From: Candidatus Kerfeldbacteria bacterium
GTDB taxonomy: Bacteria; Patescibacteriota; Patescibacteriia; UBA10025; JAHIVO01
Length of the DNA: 64,000 bases
NCBI GenBank assembly: GCA_047946875.1
Contig: CP181398.1
Coordinates: forward strand, 574,514-638,513
Reading direction: 5' to 3'
The notes below the pieces were generated by a model. The model worked only from the letters and a program-made list of their open reading frames with translations, searched no databases and was not told the origin of the DNA. Shown here piece after piece: positions 36,630 through 46,313 of the stretch. Position 1 is the stretch's first letter; the number at the start of each line of letters is the position of its first letter. The position numbers were made by a program, and so were the translations under genes.

Positions 36630-37715
36630 CTAGTTATAATCTATTTCTCGATCAGTTGGCACTATCTCTACCCAAATAGGTCCTGCATTAAATTCAATCT
36701 CACTACCACTTTCATCATAAAATAATGTTCTTTCGGCTATACCTTCCTTTTCCCAAGTACCTACAGTACCCTCGCCATCAACAAATATTATTGCCTCTCC
36801 TTTGCCTATAGTATCCATTCCAAGTCTCTGATCATCAACTAAATATGTCTTTACTTTTTGAACAATTATATTTTTTGCTCTAACCTCAGAGTCATCTCTA
36901 TCTATATGTGCCTCACCGGCCTGATATCTTAAATAATCATTTGTATCACGATTATATTTATACTCAACCTTATAATTAAAAGAAGAGAAATCTATAGTAA
37001 TATATTTATCTTCTACCGTTCTATCTGTAATTTTCAAATCTTCTTTAAATTTCCATAAATCAAAATCGCCATTTTTATCAATTTCCTTATCCCTTAATGC
37101 AAATACGATTTTTTCTCCCGAACTATATAAAGTATGTTCTGATGCTACATTTCTTGATGTATCACGCCAGTAGTATTGTGAATTATAAAATTGATCAAGA
37201 TCAACCATCCCTTCTCTTTTTATTTGAGCTAATGCTTCTGGGCTACCACCAGCATGCATATATAATGCATTGTATTCACTAGCCCAATCTAAAAAATATG
37301 GTCTAGCTGATCTTATCGGTCCAATTTCAGAAATTACCATATTGCTAGCATAAACAGCCATAAATCTAGTTATACCACCCTCAGCCAATGCTTCATATAC
37401 AACGTTTGCCTGCGATAAGCCAGACTGTGGTCTTGAAACTGTTAGATTTTCAATCATCACCGCTACTGGATAATGATTAGATTCTTCAAATGATACATAT
37501 TCACCATCAATAGCTCTTCGTACTAATGAACCACTATCTACATTAGTATTTTTATTTGAGTTAGAATCACTATCTTGATCTGGATTAAAACCAAAAATTA
37601 TATAACCCAAAGCTGCAGCCACAACCACCACCACAGATATTATGATAATCAGCCATTTTTTACTTTTTTTCTTACCCCAAATATATTCTTTAGAATTACC
37701 CATTTTTTTTGCCAT
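36630..37715 (-). CDS. DUF3048 domain protein (YerB-like), paralog 2
   Basis: 361 aa. VMIENLTVSRPQSGLSQANVVYEALAEGGITRFMAVY. It is a tandem paralog of the preceding gene. Confidence 0.6.
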   Translation of the reverse strand: MAKKMGNSKEYIWGKKKSKKWLIIIISVVVVVAAALGYIIFGFNPDQDSDSNSNKNTNVDSGSLVRRAIDGEYVSFEESNHYPVAVMIENLTVSRPQSGLSQANVVYEALAEGGITRFMAVYASNMVISEIGPIRSARPYFLDWASEYNALYMHAGGSPEALAQIKREGMVDLDQFYNSQYYWRDTSRNVASEHTLYSSGEKIVFALRDKEIDKNGDFDLWKFKEDLKITDRTVEDKYITIDFSSFNYKVEYKYNRDTNDYLRYQAGEAHIDRDDSEVRAKNIIVQKVKTYLVDDQRLGMDTIGKGEAIIFVDGEGTVGTWEKEGIAERTLFYDESGSEIEFNAGPIWVEIVPTDREIDYN

Positions 37716-37754
37716 GATAAATAACTATTAAATTATTATAAAGCTTCTAAAAGT

Positions 37755-38489
37755 TTATTTGTCTTTTCCGCCAGCGGCAGGTTTTTCTTCAGCATCTTCA
37801 GTTTTTTTGTCACCTTCTTTTTTATCATCATCACCATCAGCAACTTCTTCTTCTCCTTCTTTACCATCAACTTTTTCAACATCATCTACCTTGTCAGTAA
37901 TATCATCCTCCAATGACTTAAGTTCTTCTTCGGTTCTAGGTGTTTGAACATTAGCAACCATAATTTGTCCTTTTTCTATAACTTCGACACCTTCTGGTAA
38001 TTTTAAGTCTTTTACTGTAATTCTATTTTCAAATGTTTCTAAGGCACTAATATCAACCTTAATTTCATGAACTAAATTTTCTGGTAAACATTCTATCTTA
38101 ACCTTATCTAAACTTTTATATAAAACTCCACCATTTTCTTTTACTGCTTTTGACTCCCCTACGAATTCCAAAATAACTTCTGCAGTTAATTTCTTTTTCA
38201 TATCAACTTGTTGAAAATCAACATGAATATATTCATCAGTAACAACATTTTTTTGAAAATCATGTATTAAAACTTTAGTTGGTTTTTGATCACCAACCTG
38301 TAAATCAATTAAACTACTTGAGCCTGCAACCTTAAAAATTGTAATAAATGATTTAAGGTCTAATGTTAAATTTATATTTTTTGATCCATGACCATATAGA
38401 ACGGCAGGAATTTTACCTTCTTTTCTAAGATGATCAACTTTTTTGCCAAGCACCTCCCGTGCTTCAGCCGTTAACGTCATTGTTTTCAT
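37755..38489 (-). CDS. rplY: 50S ribosomal protein L25 / general stress protein Ctc (long form)
   Basis: 244 aa. The N-terminus LTAEAREVLGKKVDHLRKEGKIPAVLYGHG matches L25, with an acidic or Lys-rich C-terminal tail. Confidence 0.85.
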   Translation of the reverse strand: MKTMTLTAEAREVLGKKVDHLRKEGKIPAVLYGHGSKNINLTLDLKSFITIFKVAGSSSLIDLQVGDQKPTKVLIHDFQKNVVTDEYIHVDFQQVDMKKKLTAEVILEFVGESKAVKENGGVLYKSLDKVKIECLPENLVHEIKVDISALETFENRITVKDLKLPEGVEVIEKGQIMVANVQTPRTEEELKSLEDDITDKVDDVEKVDGKEGEEEVADGDDDKKEGDKKTEDAEEKPAAGGKDK

Positions 38490-38521
38490 AGTATTTCTTC
38501 TTTACTTTAAGTAATTAATTT

Positions 38522-38887
38522 TTAAACAAACGAAATAAAATCCATTTTATTTATATATAGAGCTTGATACAAATCGATCAAATTATCACTATTAATTATT
38601 TCGCTTTTCTTATATCTTACTATATCTTTTTTAGTCAAATCTGTCACTAGTCCAAATGAACTAATGCCAATTTCACTTACTAATACCATCAACACTATCG
38701 AACTAGAGCATTGAGCACAATTAGTATGTAATAACCAGCTTTCTTGCGATTCTTCAATTACTGTAGCTTTTTCTGGTAAAAATGAAGTATTGCATAATGG
38801 GCAATATGATTCAAGATTCTGCTGATTCTTATTTTTTGGTAATTTTTGGTTATTATCTTGATTTTGATTTTTGTTATCTATTTCCAT
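38522..38887 (-). CDS. hypothetical protein with CxxC...CxxC
   Basis: 121 aa with two Cys pairs (CPLCN and CAQCS) and a Gln/Asn-rich N-terminus. Confidence 0.45.
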   Translation of the reverse strand: MEIDNKNQNQDNNQKLPKNKNQQNLESYCPLCNTSFLPEKATVIEESQESWLLHTNCAQCSSSIVLMVLVSEIGISSFGLVTDLTKKDIVRYKKSEIINSDNLIDLYQALYINKMDFISFV

Positions 38888-39001
38888 ATAAAAAATATTG
38901 TAAACTATTTTTTAAATTTAATCAAATTATTTGATTGTCTTAATTATATCACAAAAACACCACTTTAGTCAAGTATTAATAGATAAAAATATTTAAATTA
39001 T

Positions 39002-40117
39002 TTAACCTTGGGCAGTTATTCCCCTTCTTATAAATACACTATGAGCGATTCCTAACATAATAAAACTAGCTATCATTGAGGTACCGCCATAACTTACGAA
39101 CGGTAATGGGACTCCAGCAATAGGCAATACACCTATATTCATACCAATATTCAACAAACTCTGAGAAAATAGATAAATTATGATTCCACTCACCAAAAAT
39201 AATCCAAAATCATCACGTGCTAAGCGACATACTCGAAACAACCTATATATTAAAAAGATAATAAGTCCAATCAGAAATAGTGAACCCATAAATCCTAATT
39301 CTTCAGCTATAACAGCAAAAATAAAATCAGTTTCTTGTGCGGGCAAGAAATTTAATCTACTTTGTGGTCCAAGCGATAAACCGCGACCAAAAAATTGACC
39401 CGAACCAACAGATATTATGGATTGTTTAATATTATAACCACTCCCCCAAGGATCTCGATCAGGATCAAGAAATGTTAACACTCTGTCGTGTTGATAATCT
39501 TGTAAAATAAAAGCCCAACTAAAAATTGAAACAATCGCTACTAACACAACAATCCAAATAATATAAGATTTTTTAACTTTAGTTAATAATAACATTCCGA
39601 AGAATATTGCTAATAAAATAAATGCTGAACCAAAATCCGGTTGTAAAAAAATTAATAAAATTAAAACACCTGCGATACCAAAAATTTGAAATAAATTTTT
39701 TAAAGATTTTACCTCAGATCTCCATTTTGAAAAAAATTTAGAAATTATTATTATCATAATAATTTTTATAATCTCCACTGGCTGAAATACTTGATCACCA
39801 AACAAAACTATCCACCCTTTAGTACCACTAACAATAGTACCAAAAAACAAAACAAATAATAATAATAATATACCAAGTCCATAAAATACAAATCCGTATG
39901 TGTTTAAATATCTATAATCTAACAAACTAAAAAATATCATTAGAAAAATACCAATTCCAAAAAATACTATCTGTTTTTTATAATTCAAAAGATCAGAATC
40001 CGCTGCAGTTACTTCAGAACTATATATCCCCATCAAACCAAATGCTACTAAAAAAAATGCTACCAATGATAGCAACCAATCAGATTTTTTTAAATAAAAT
40101 AAATATTTTCTAAACAT
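39002..40117 (-). CDS. SEDS-family peptidoglycan glycosyltransferase (FtsW/RodA/SpoVE)
   Basis: 371 aa with 10 TM helices. GSGQFFGRGLSLGPQSRLNFLPAQETDFIFAVIAEELGF and PFVSYGGTSM are SEDS signatures. Confidence 0.9.
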   Translation of the reverse strand: MFRKYLFYLKKSDWLLSLVAFFLVAFGLMGIYSSEVTAADSDLLNYKKQIVFFGIGIFLMIFFSLLDYRYLNTYGFVFYGLGILLLLFVLFFGTIVSGTKGWIVLFGDQVFQPVEIIKIIMIIIISKFFSKWRSEVKSLKNLFQIFGIAGVLILLIFLQPDFGSAFILLAIFFGMLLLTKVKKSYIIWIVVLVAIVSIFSWAFILQDYQHDRVLTFLDPDRDPWGSGYNIKQSIISVGSGQFFGRGLSLGPQSRLNFLPAQETDFIFAVIAEELGFMGSLFLIGLIIFLIYRLFRVCRLARDDFGLFLVSGIIIYLFSQSLLNIGMNIGVLPIAGVPLPFVSYGGTSMIASFIMLGIAHSVFIRRGITAQG

Positions 40118-40133
40118 CTTGCATCACTAATAA

Positions 40134-41030
40134 TTAATTCATCAAATTTTCTAAATCCAGTAAATTCATATCTGGCAGAATAACAGTACTAGTAATAGGA
40201 TAAGATACATTGTCCCATCGAGAATTTAACAATGTTGCTTCACCAGTTTCAAATTTATCAAAATATGCATAATCCAGACCCGCAATAATATCATTACTAT
40301 ATAAGACTACTACAAACTTTGTAGACCAAAAACTTCTAAATGAATTATTTTTTATATCTGCTTTCACCGAACTAACTATAGATCCATTAGATGCCAATAA
40401 ACTAGAATACTCTATATTTTCTACAGAAAAATTAATTGGCAATAAATCTTCATCATTAACTACCCTCTTCCAGTTTAATTTTACGATATCTAAAGCTAAA
40501 GATACTTGATTTCCTTCACCAGAAACCTCCACTCCCGAAATTGTTAAATACTTATCACTTTGAGGCATAATATAATCAGTAAAAACTTCTGTTTCTTGTC
40601 CATTAATTACAAATTTATACTCAATAGATTCTACTGCCCAATTAGTGTTACTATTCATTAAATGAGCAACTACATCAAATTTACCATTAGCAGCAGATAA
40701 TATGGTCGTATCGACACTTTTTATCGGAATTGGTATATTCCTTTCTTTAATAAGATTATAATCTATTGTATCTTTCGACATTGAAAATATCAAATTGTTA
40801 TGTTTTTGCGTTCCCACTGCATATAATATTCCGTTAGTAAACGTAAAAACGACAACAAAAACAGTAGCAGCAATAAGTAATATCATCCACCATTTTTTAA
40901 AATCATTTCTATTTGCCAGTACAAAATAGTTGATTTTTAGCCAAAAAGTATTCGCATCAAACATAATTAAATTAATAGTAAATATATTGAATAAATAGAT
41001 TTTACCACAATTTACTGTTTTTGAGAACAA
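40134..41030 (-). CDS. hypothetical membrane-anchored protein
   Basis: 298 aa with one N-terminal TM helix. I recognise no family. Confidence 0.45.
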   Translation of the reverse strand: MFSKTVNCGKIYLFNIFTINLIMFDANTFWLKINYFVLANRNDFKKWWMILLIAATVFVVVFTFTNGILYAVGTQKHNNLIFSMSKDTIDYNLIKERNIPIPIKSVDTTILSAANGKFDVVAHLMNSNTNWAVESIEYKFVINGQETEVFTDYIMPQSDKYLTISGVEVSGEGNQVSLALDIVKLNWKRVVNDEDLLPINFSVENIEYSSLLASNGSIVSSVKADIKNNSFRSFWSTKFVVVLYSNDIIAGLDYAYFDKFETGEATLLNSRWDNVSYPITSTVILPDMNLLDLENLMN

Positions 41031-41099
41031 ACATTGAAGATAGTAATATTTGTGCTATAATATAGTAAAATTAAGATCTAAAAATTTAAAAATAATTAT

Positions 41100-41405
41100 A
41101 TGTTGGAAACAAGTAAAGATCTATTAAACATCTTGATTGGGGTATCAGTAGCCTCTTTTGCTTTTTTTATTTGTTGGGCGATTTTTTATCTCATTATGAT
41201 TCTGAAATCAGGATATCAAGCAACAAAAGAAATTACTGATTTCGTATCAAGTCTCAAACAAAAATTAGATAAATTTGAAAATCTACTCACTACAATCGAA
41301 GAAAAGATTAAAAGCTCTACCTCATATATACCATTGATCATGAAAGGTGTTTCTGAATTAATAGATTATATTAAAAATAAAAAAGAATCAAAGAAAAAAA
41401 AGTAA
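41100..41405 (+). CDS. small membrane protein (DUF948-like)
   Basis: 101 aa with an N-terminal TM helix plus coiled coil. TGcTATAAT (extended -10) lies upstream. Confidence 0.45.
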   Translation: MLETSKDLLNILIGVSVASFAFFICWAIFYLIMILKSGYQATKEITDFVSSLKQKLDKFENLLTTIEEKIKSSTSYIPLIMKGVSELIDYIKNKKESKKKK

Positions 41406-41461
41406 AAAATTCAGATCATCGTTAAATAAAAAGTACCCATTTCTAAAATAATAAATTTTAT

Positions 41462-44400
41462 ATGTCGGACTTCGTACATCTCCATGTCCACAGTCATTAT
41501 AGTCTCTTAGATGGACTTGCAAAAATAGACGATTTGGTTGAAAAAACCAAAGAACTTAAGATGCCTGCAGTAGCATTGACTGACCATGGTGTAATGCATG
41601 GAGTTGTTGAGTTTTATCAAAAAGCTAAAAAAGCTGGAATCAAACCAATTATTGGAGTTGAAGCATATGTTGCTCGTAATGGAATGCATAACAAGAGAGC
41701 AAAGATTGATGAGCGACCCTATCATCTAGTTTTATTAGCACGCAACAACGAAGGGTATAAAAATTTAGTAAAACTTACTACCAAAGCACATTTGGAGGGT
41801 TTTTATTATAAACCGAGGATTGATATTGAATTACTAAAAAAACATTCCGAAGGTCTAATTGGTTTGAGTGCTTGCTTACAAGGCATGATATCTAGACCTT
41901 TTATTAATGATGATGATGACTTAGCAAAAGAGAATGCCTTAACTCTCAAAGAAATATTTGGTAAAGATAATTTTTATTTAGAAGTACAGCACAATCCTTC
42001 TATCGACCATCAAGCAAAAGTAAATGAAAAAATATTTACTTTAGGAAAAGAATTAGACATACCTATTGTTGCTACTAATGATGTACATTATTTAAATAAG
42101 GAAGATGATGAAATTCATGATATCTTAATTTGTCTACAAACAAAAAGAAAGCAAAAAGACACGGACCGTATGTCATACATGGGTGAAGATTTTTCACTCA
42201 AATCAGCTGATAATATGAAATTAGCTTTCCCAAATCACCCAGAAGTTATTTCAAATACTCTTAAAGTCATGGAACGCTGTAATGTAGAATTAGAACTAGG
42301 TAAAACACACCTACCATACTACGAGGTACCAAAAGGCCAAACCGCTGATGAATTTCTAAAAAAACTATGTTATGAGGGTATAAGTAGTCGATTTCCAGGT
42401 CAAGAAAAAGACAAAATTATATTAGAAAGACTTGAATATGAACTTTCTATTATTGTTAAAACTGGCTATGCAACATATTTTTTGATTGTTCAAGATTTTG
42501 TTAATTGGGCAAAAAAAGAAGGTATTGTCGTAGGTCCAGGGCGTGGTTCAGCAGCCGGTAGCATAGTCTCCTACTTATTGAATATTACTAATATAGATCC
42601 AATTAAATATAATTTGATTTTTGAAAGATTTTTAAACCCAGAACGTGTATCCATGCCTGATATTGATCTTGATTTTGCAGATGCTAGGCGTGATGAAGTT
42701 ATTGGGTATGTAGAAAAAAAATACGGAAAAGATCACGTTGCGCAAATTATTACATTCGGAACGATGGCCGCAAGAGCAGCTGTCCGTGACGCAGGCCGTG
42801 TTTTGGATATCCCCTATTCTTATTGTGATAAAGTAGCAAAATTAATTCCAATGTTTACTACTATCAATAAAGCTTTGGAAACGGTTACAGAATTAAAAGA
42901 AATTTACGATAGTGATCCTGATGGACAAAAATTAATCTATTCTGCCCAAAAATTAGAAGGTGTAGCTAGGCATGCTTCTACACATGCTTGTGGTGTTGTA
43001 ATCACTAAAGAACCTCTGGATCATTATGTGCCAAGTCAATTTGCTGCACGAGGAGGTACAGATGAAACCGTAGTAACTCAATACGATCTTCATGCTGTTG
43101 AAGATCTAGGATTATTAAAAATGGACTTCCTAGGATTAAAAAATCTTAGTATTTTAGAAAATACTATTGATATCATCAAAAAAACCAGGAACATCACAAT
43201 CGATGTAGATAACTTACCATTAGATGATCCAAAAGCTTATGACTTATTAAAAAAAGGAATTACGACCGGTATTTTCCAACTTGAATCAGCTGGCATGAGA
43301 AGGTATCTAAAACAACTAAAACCAACAGAGATTGAAGACATTATAGCTATGGTCGCATTATATCGTCCAGGTCCAATGGAATACATCCCAGATTTTATTG
43401 CTGGTAAACATGGTAAGAAAAAAATTACTTACCTTCACCCTAAGTTAAAACCAATTCTTCAAAATACATACGGCGTGGCTGTTTATCAAGAACAACTAAT
43501 GAGAATTGCTAGAGATCTTGCTGGATTTTCACTTTCAGAAGCAGATATTCTACGTAAAGCAGTCGGTAAAAAAATTAAAAAATTACTCGTTGAACAAAAA
43601 AATAAACTAATCAGTGGAATGATAGTTAACAATATCGATAAATCTACCGCTTTAAAAATATGGAAATTAGTAGAACCATTTGCTGATTATGGATTTGTAA
43701 GAGCTCATGCTGCTTGTTATGCTATGATTGCCTATCAAACAGCATATTTCAAAGCAAATTATCCTGATGAATTTATGGCCTCATTACTGACATCTGATTA
43801 TGGTGATATTGATCGTATCGCTATTGAAGTTGAGGAATGTGAAGCATTAGGTATAAAAGTCTTACCTCCAGATATTAATGAAAGCTACTCAACATTTACA
43901 GCTGTCTTTAATCATGAAACAAAATTACCAGATAAAAAAATTAGATTTGGATTATTAGCTATAAAAAATGTAGGCTTCAATATTGCTAAAACAATAATTA
44001 GAGAACGCAAAGATAATGGACCATACAAAAACTTAGAAGACCTACTAACTCGCGTACGAACCAAAGACCTAAATAAAAAATCATTAGAGAGTTTGATTAA
44101 AGCTGGTGCCTTGGATAAATTTAATGAAAGGAATCAACTATTACAAAATATTGATACACTATTAGCTCTAGCCAAATCAGCGGAAAAAGAAGCAACAAAC
44201 AATCAAATCAATCTATTTGGATCTTTGCCAACCAGCAATACACCACAACTACGACTAAAACAAACTGAACCAGCAACTAAAAAAGAAACCCTAGCTTGGG
44301 AAAAGGAATTCATGGGATTATATATTTCTGACCATCCTCTAAAAGCATACAAAGATTATCTTAAAAATATCGCTACTCCTATCAATGAAATTACGATGGA

Positions 44401-44911
44401 AAAAAGAAACCAAGAAATAACCGTAGGTGGAATTATTACAAATATAAAAAAAATTATCACTCGTAAAGGCCAGCCTATGCTTTTTGTAAAAATTGAAGAT
44501 CATACAGGACACCTAGAATTATTAGTTTTCCCTACTGTCTTAGAAAAATATCCAAATCTTTGGGTAGAAGAAAAAATAATTATTGCTAAAGGAAAACTTT
44601 CCGACAAAGATGGTGATATCAAGCTACTTTGCGACCAAGTTAAAGAACTAAACGAAGATATAAGCGATCAACCTCCTTCAGAAAATAGTGGTAAAGAAAA
44701 TATTCATTTAAATATTCCAAAAGCATTATCTGCAATAAAATTTAACCAATTAAAAGATTTATTAAAATCTTCTCATGGCAATTTTAGAGTTCATCTTAAA
44801 TTTAATACTTCTGACAAAATTAAAACTTTAACTACAAAACTATTTGTCAAAGAAGATTGCTTTGATTTAGTTCGAACACTGATTGGACAGGATAATGTAA
44901 AAATATCATAA
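41462..44911 (+). CDS. dnaE: DNA polymerase III alpha subunit
   Basis: 1149 aa with an N-terminal PHP domain (HLHVHSHYSLLDG) and the polymerase core (GPGRGSAAGSIVSYLLNITNIDP). Confidence 0.95.
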   Translation: MSDFVHLHVHSHYSLLDGLAKIDDLVEKTKELKMPAVALTDHGVMHGVVEFYQKAKKAGIKPIIGVEAYVARNGMHNKRAKIDERPYHLVLLARNNEGYKNLVKLTTKAHLEGFYYKPRIDIELLKKHSEGLIGLSACLQGMISRPFINDDDDLAKENALTLKEIFGKDNFYLEVQHNPSIDHQAKVNEKIFTLGKELDIPIVATNDVHYLNKEDDEIHDILICLQTKRKQKDTDRMSYMGEDFSLKSADNMKLAFPNHPEVISNTLKVMERCNVELELGKTHLPYYEVPKGQTADEFLKKLCYEGISSRFPGQEKDKIILERLEYELSIIVKTGYATYFLIVQDFVNWAKKEGIVVGPGRGSAAGSIVSYLLNITNIDPIKYNLIFERFLNPERVSMPDIDLDFADARRDEVIGYVEKKYGKDHVAQIITFGTMAARAAVRDAGRVLDIPYSYCDKVAKLIPMFTTINKALETVTELKEIYDSDPDGQKLIYSAQKLEGVARHASTHACGVVITKEPLDHYVPSQFAARGGTDETVVTQYDLHAVEDLGLLKMDFLGLKNLSILENTIDIIKKTRNITIDVDNLPLDDPKAYDLLKKGITTGIFQLESAGMRRYLKQLKPTEIEDIIAMVALYRPGPMEYIPDFIAGKHGKKKITYLHPKLKPILQNTYGVAVYQEQLMRIARDLAGFSLSEADILRKAVGKKIKKLLVEQKNKLISGMIVNNIDKSTALKIWKLVEPFADYGFVRAHAACYAMIAYQTAYFKANYPDEFMASLLTSDYGDIDRIAIEVEECEALGIKVLPPDINESYSTFTAVFNHETKLPDKKIRFGLLAIKNVGFNIAKTIIRERKDNGPYKNLEDLLTRVRTKDLNKKSLESLIKAGALDKFNERNQLLQNIDTLLALAKSAEKEATNNQINLFGSLPTSNTPQLRLKQTEPATKKETLAWEKEFMGLYISDHPLKAYKDYLKNIATPINEITMEKRNQEITVGGIITNIKKIITRKGQPMLFVKIEDHTGHLELLVFPTVLEKYPNLWVEEKIIIAKGKLSDKDGDIKLLCDQVKELNEDISDQPPSENSGKENIHLNIPKALSAIKFNQLKDLLKSSHGNFRVHLKFNTSDKIKTLTTKLFVKEDCFDLVRTLIGQDNVKIS

Positions 44912-44918
44912 TATATAT

Positions 44919-46079
44919 ATGGGAAATTTATCAACATTACAAACAACGAAAATATATAAGAAAATTATAATTATCTTCTCTATTGTTGTCTTTGCAACAT
45001 TGGGAATAATAATTTATTATTCTTTTTCAAAGACAGTGCTCACTATCACTCTTGTTCCACAAGATACTGAAACTAACTTTAATATAGATATAAAAGAAGA
45101 ACTCAGCGAAGAAGACCTAGACTCTAATCATAAAATGACTGGAACTTTTTTATCAACAATAGTTACAAATACAAAAACATATACAAATACAAACCAAGGA
45201 GAGAAAGTTGATGCCCTCGCAAGCGGTACAGTAACCATATATAATAACTGGTCAGATCTTCAACCTTTAGCCGCAACAACCAGACTACTATCACTAGACG
45301 GGGTTCTATTCCATACCAAAGATAGAGTTGACGTGCCAGCGGGTGGAAAACTAGAAAACGTTGAAGTCTATGCTGATAAAGAAGGTATCTCAGGAAATAT
45401 CGAGAAAACTACTTTTACTATCCCAGGCCTTTGGGAAGGATTACAAGAACAGATATACGCTGAAAGTTTCACCCCAATGACTGGTGGTCAACAAGATGCT
45501 AAAATCATTACGCAAAAATTAATTGATGAGGCAACTACAAATTTAAGAGAAGAACTTCTAGATGAAGCTAAATCAATTTTTGCTCAATCCGATGAAGTAT
45601 TAAATAAAAAATATGAAAAACTTGGCCAAGCCCTATCAACTATCACTTTAGAAAAAATCACAACCCCCGAAGCAGGTATTATAGCTCCCTCTTTTGATCT
45701 CACTCTAAAACTAAATGTCTTAGGTATTATTTTTGATGAAAACGAACTAATAACGATTGCTGAAAATAATGTCATCTTAAATCTAGCAGATGACGAAAAA
45801 TTATATTCTTTGTCCGACAAATTAATATCATATTCTCCTAGTACTCCTAATTTTGATGAAAAAAACGCAACTCTAAATATTGATTTTGCAACTCAAAAAA
45901 TTCTTCGTTCTACTAGTTCAATTTTTGATAAAGATAATCTTGTTAATAAAGATGAAAATGAAATCAAGGCTTACTTCTCAAATTTCAATGGTATTGGTAC
46001 AATTTCTACAAAGTTCTCACCATTTTGGGTATCAAAAACACCAACACTTAAAGATCATATTGAACTAGAGATTCAATAA
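44919..46079 (+). CDS. hypothetical membrane-anchored protein
   Basis: 386 aa with an N-terminal TM helix. It starts 8 nt after dnaE. Confidence 0.5.
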   Translation: MGNLSTLQTTKIYKKIIIIFSIVVFATLGIIIYYSFSKTVLTITLVPQDTETNFNIDIKEELSEEDLDSNHKMTGTFLSTIVTNTKTYTNTNQGEKVDALASGTVTIYNNWSDLQPLAATTRLLSLDGVLFHTKDRVDVPAGGKLENVEVYADKEGISGNIEKTTFTIPGLWEGLQEQIYAESFTPMTGGQQDAKIITQKLIDEATTNLREELLDEAKSIFAQSDEVLNKKYEKLGQALSTITLEKITTPEAGIIAPSFDLTLKLNVLGIIFDENELITIAENNVILNLADDEKLYSLSDKLISYSPSTPNFDEKNATLNIDFATQKILRSTSSIFDKDNLVNKDENEIKAYFSNFNGIGTISTKFSPFWVSKTPTLKDHIELEIQ

Positions 46080-46088
46080 TTCATATTT

Positions 46089-46313
46089 GACAAATAATCC
46101 GGATAATCGTAAGCTATAAAAGCCTTGTCGTGATTGAAACGTTTACCAAACGTTTTGGCAAATAATGCCAGTTAAAAATAACCCAAGCGATAGGTCAATT
46201 TAAATAAAGAGTTTTCGCATTTATTGTGAAAGAATATGGGTGGAACCGCCCGAAATTTATCAGGGTCCCAAAGTAATAATTACTTTGGGTATTTTTAATT
46301 TAACAGATAATAT
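46089..46313 (+). promoter_or_regulatory. thrS leader: promoter, about 200-nt leader with a T-box-like GGGTGGAACCGCC, and terminator hairpin
   Basis: TTGACA at 46089-46094. GGGTGGAACCGCC at 46238-46250 compares to the T-box consensus GGGTGGNACCGCG. The hairpin CCCAAAGTA-ataat-TACTTTGGG plus TATTTTT at 46267-46296 sits 17 nt before the thrS ATG. Confidence 0.35.
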
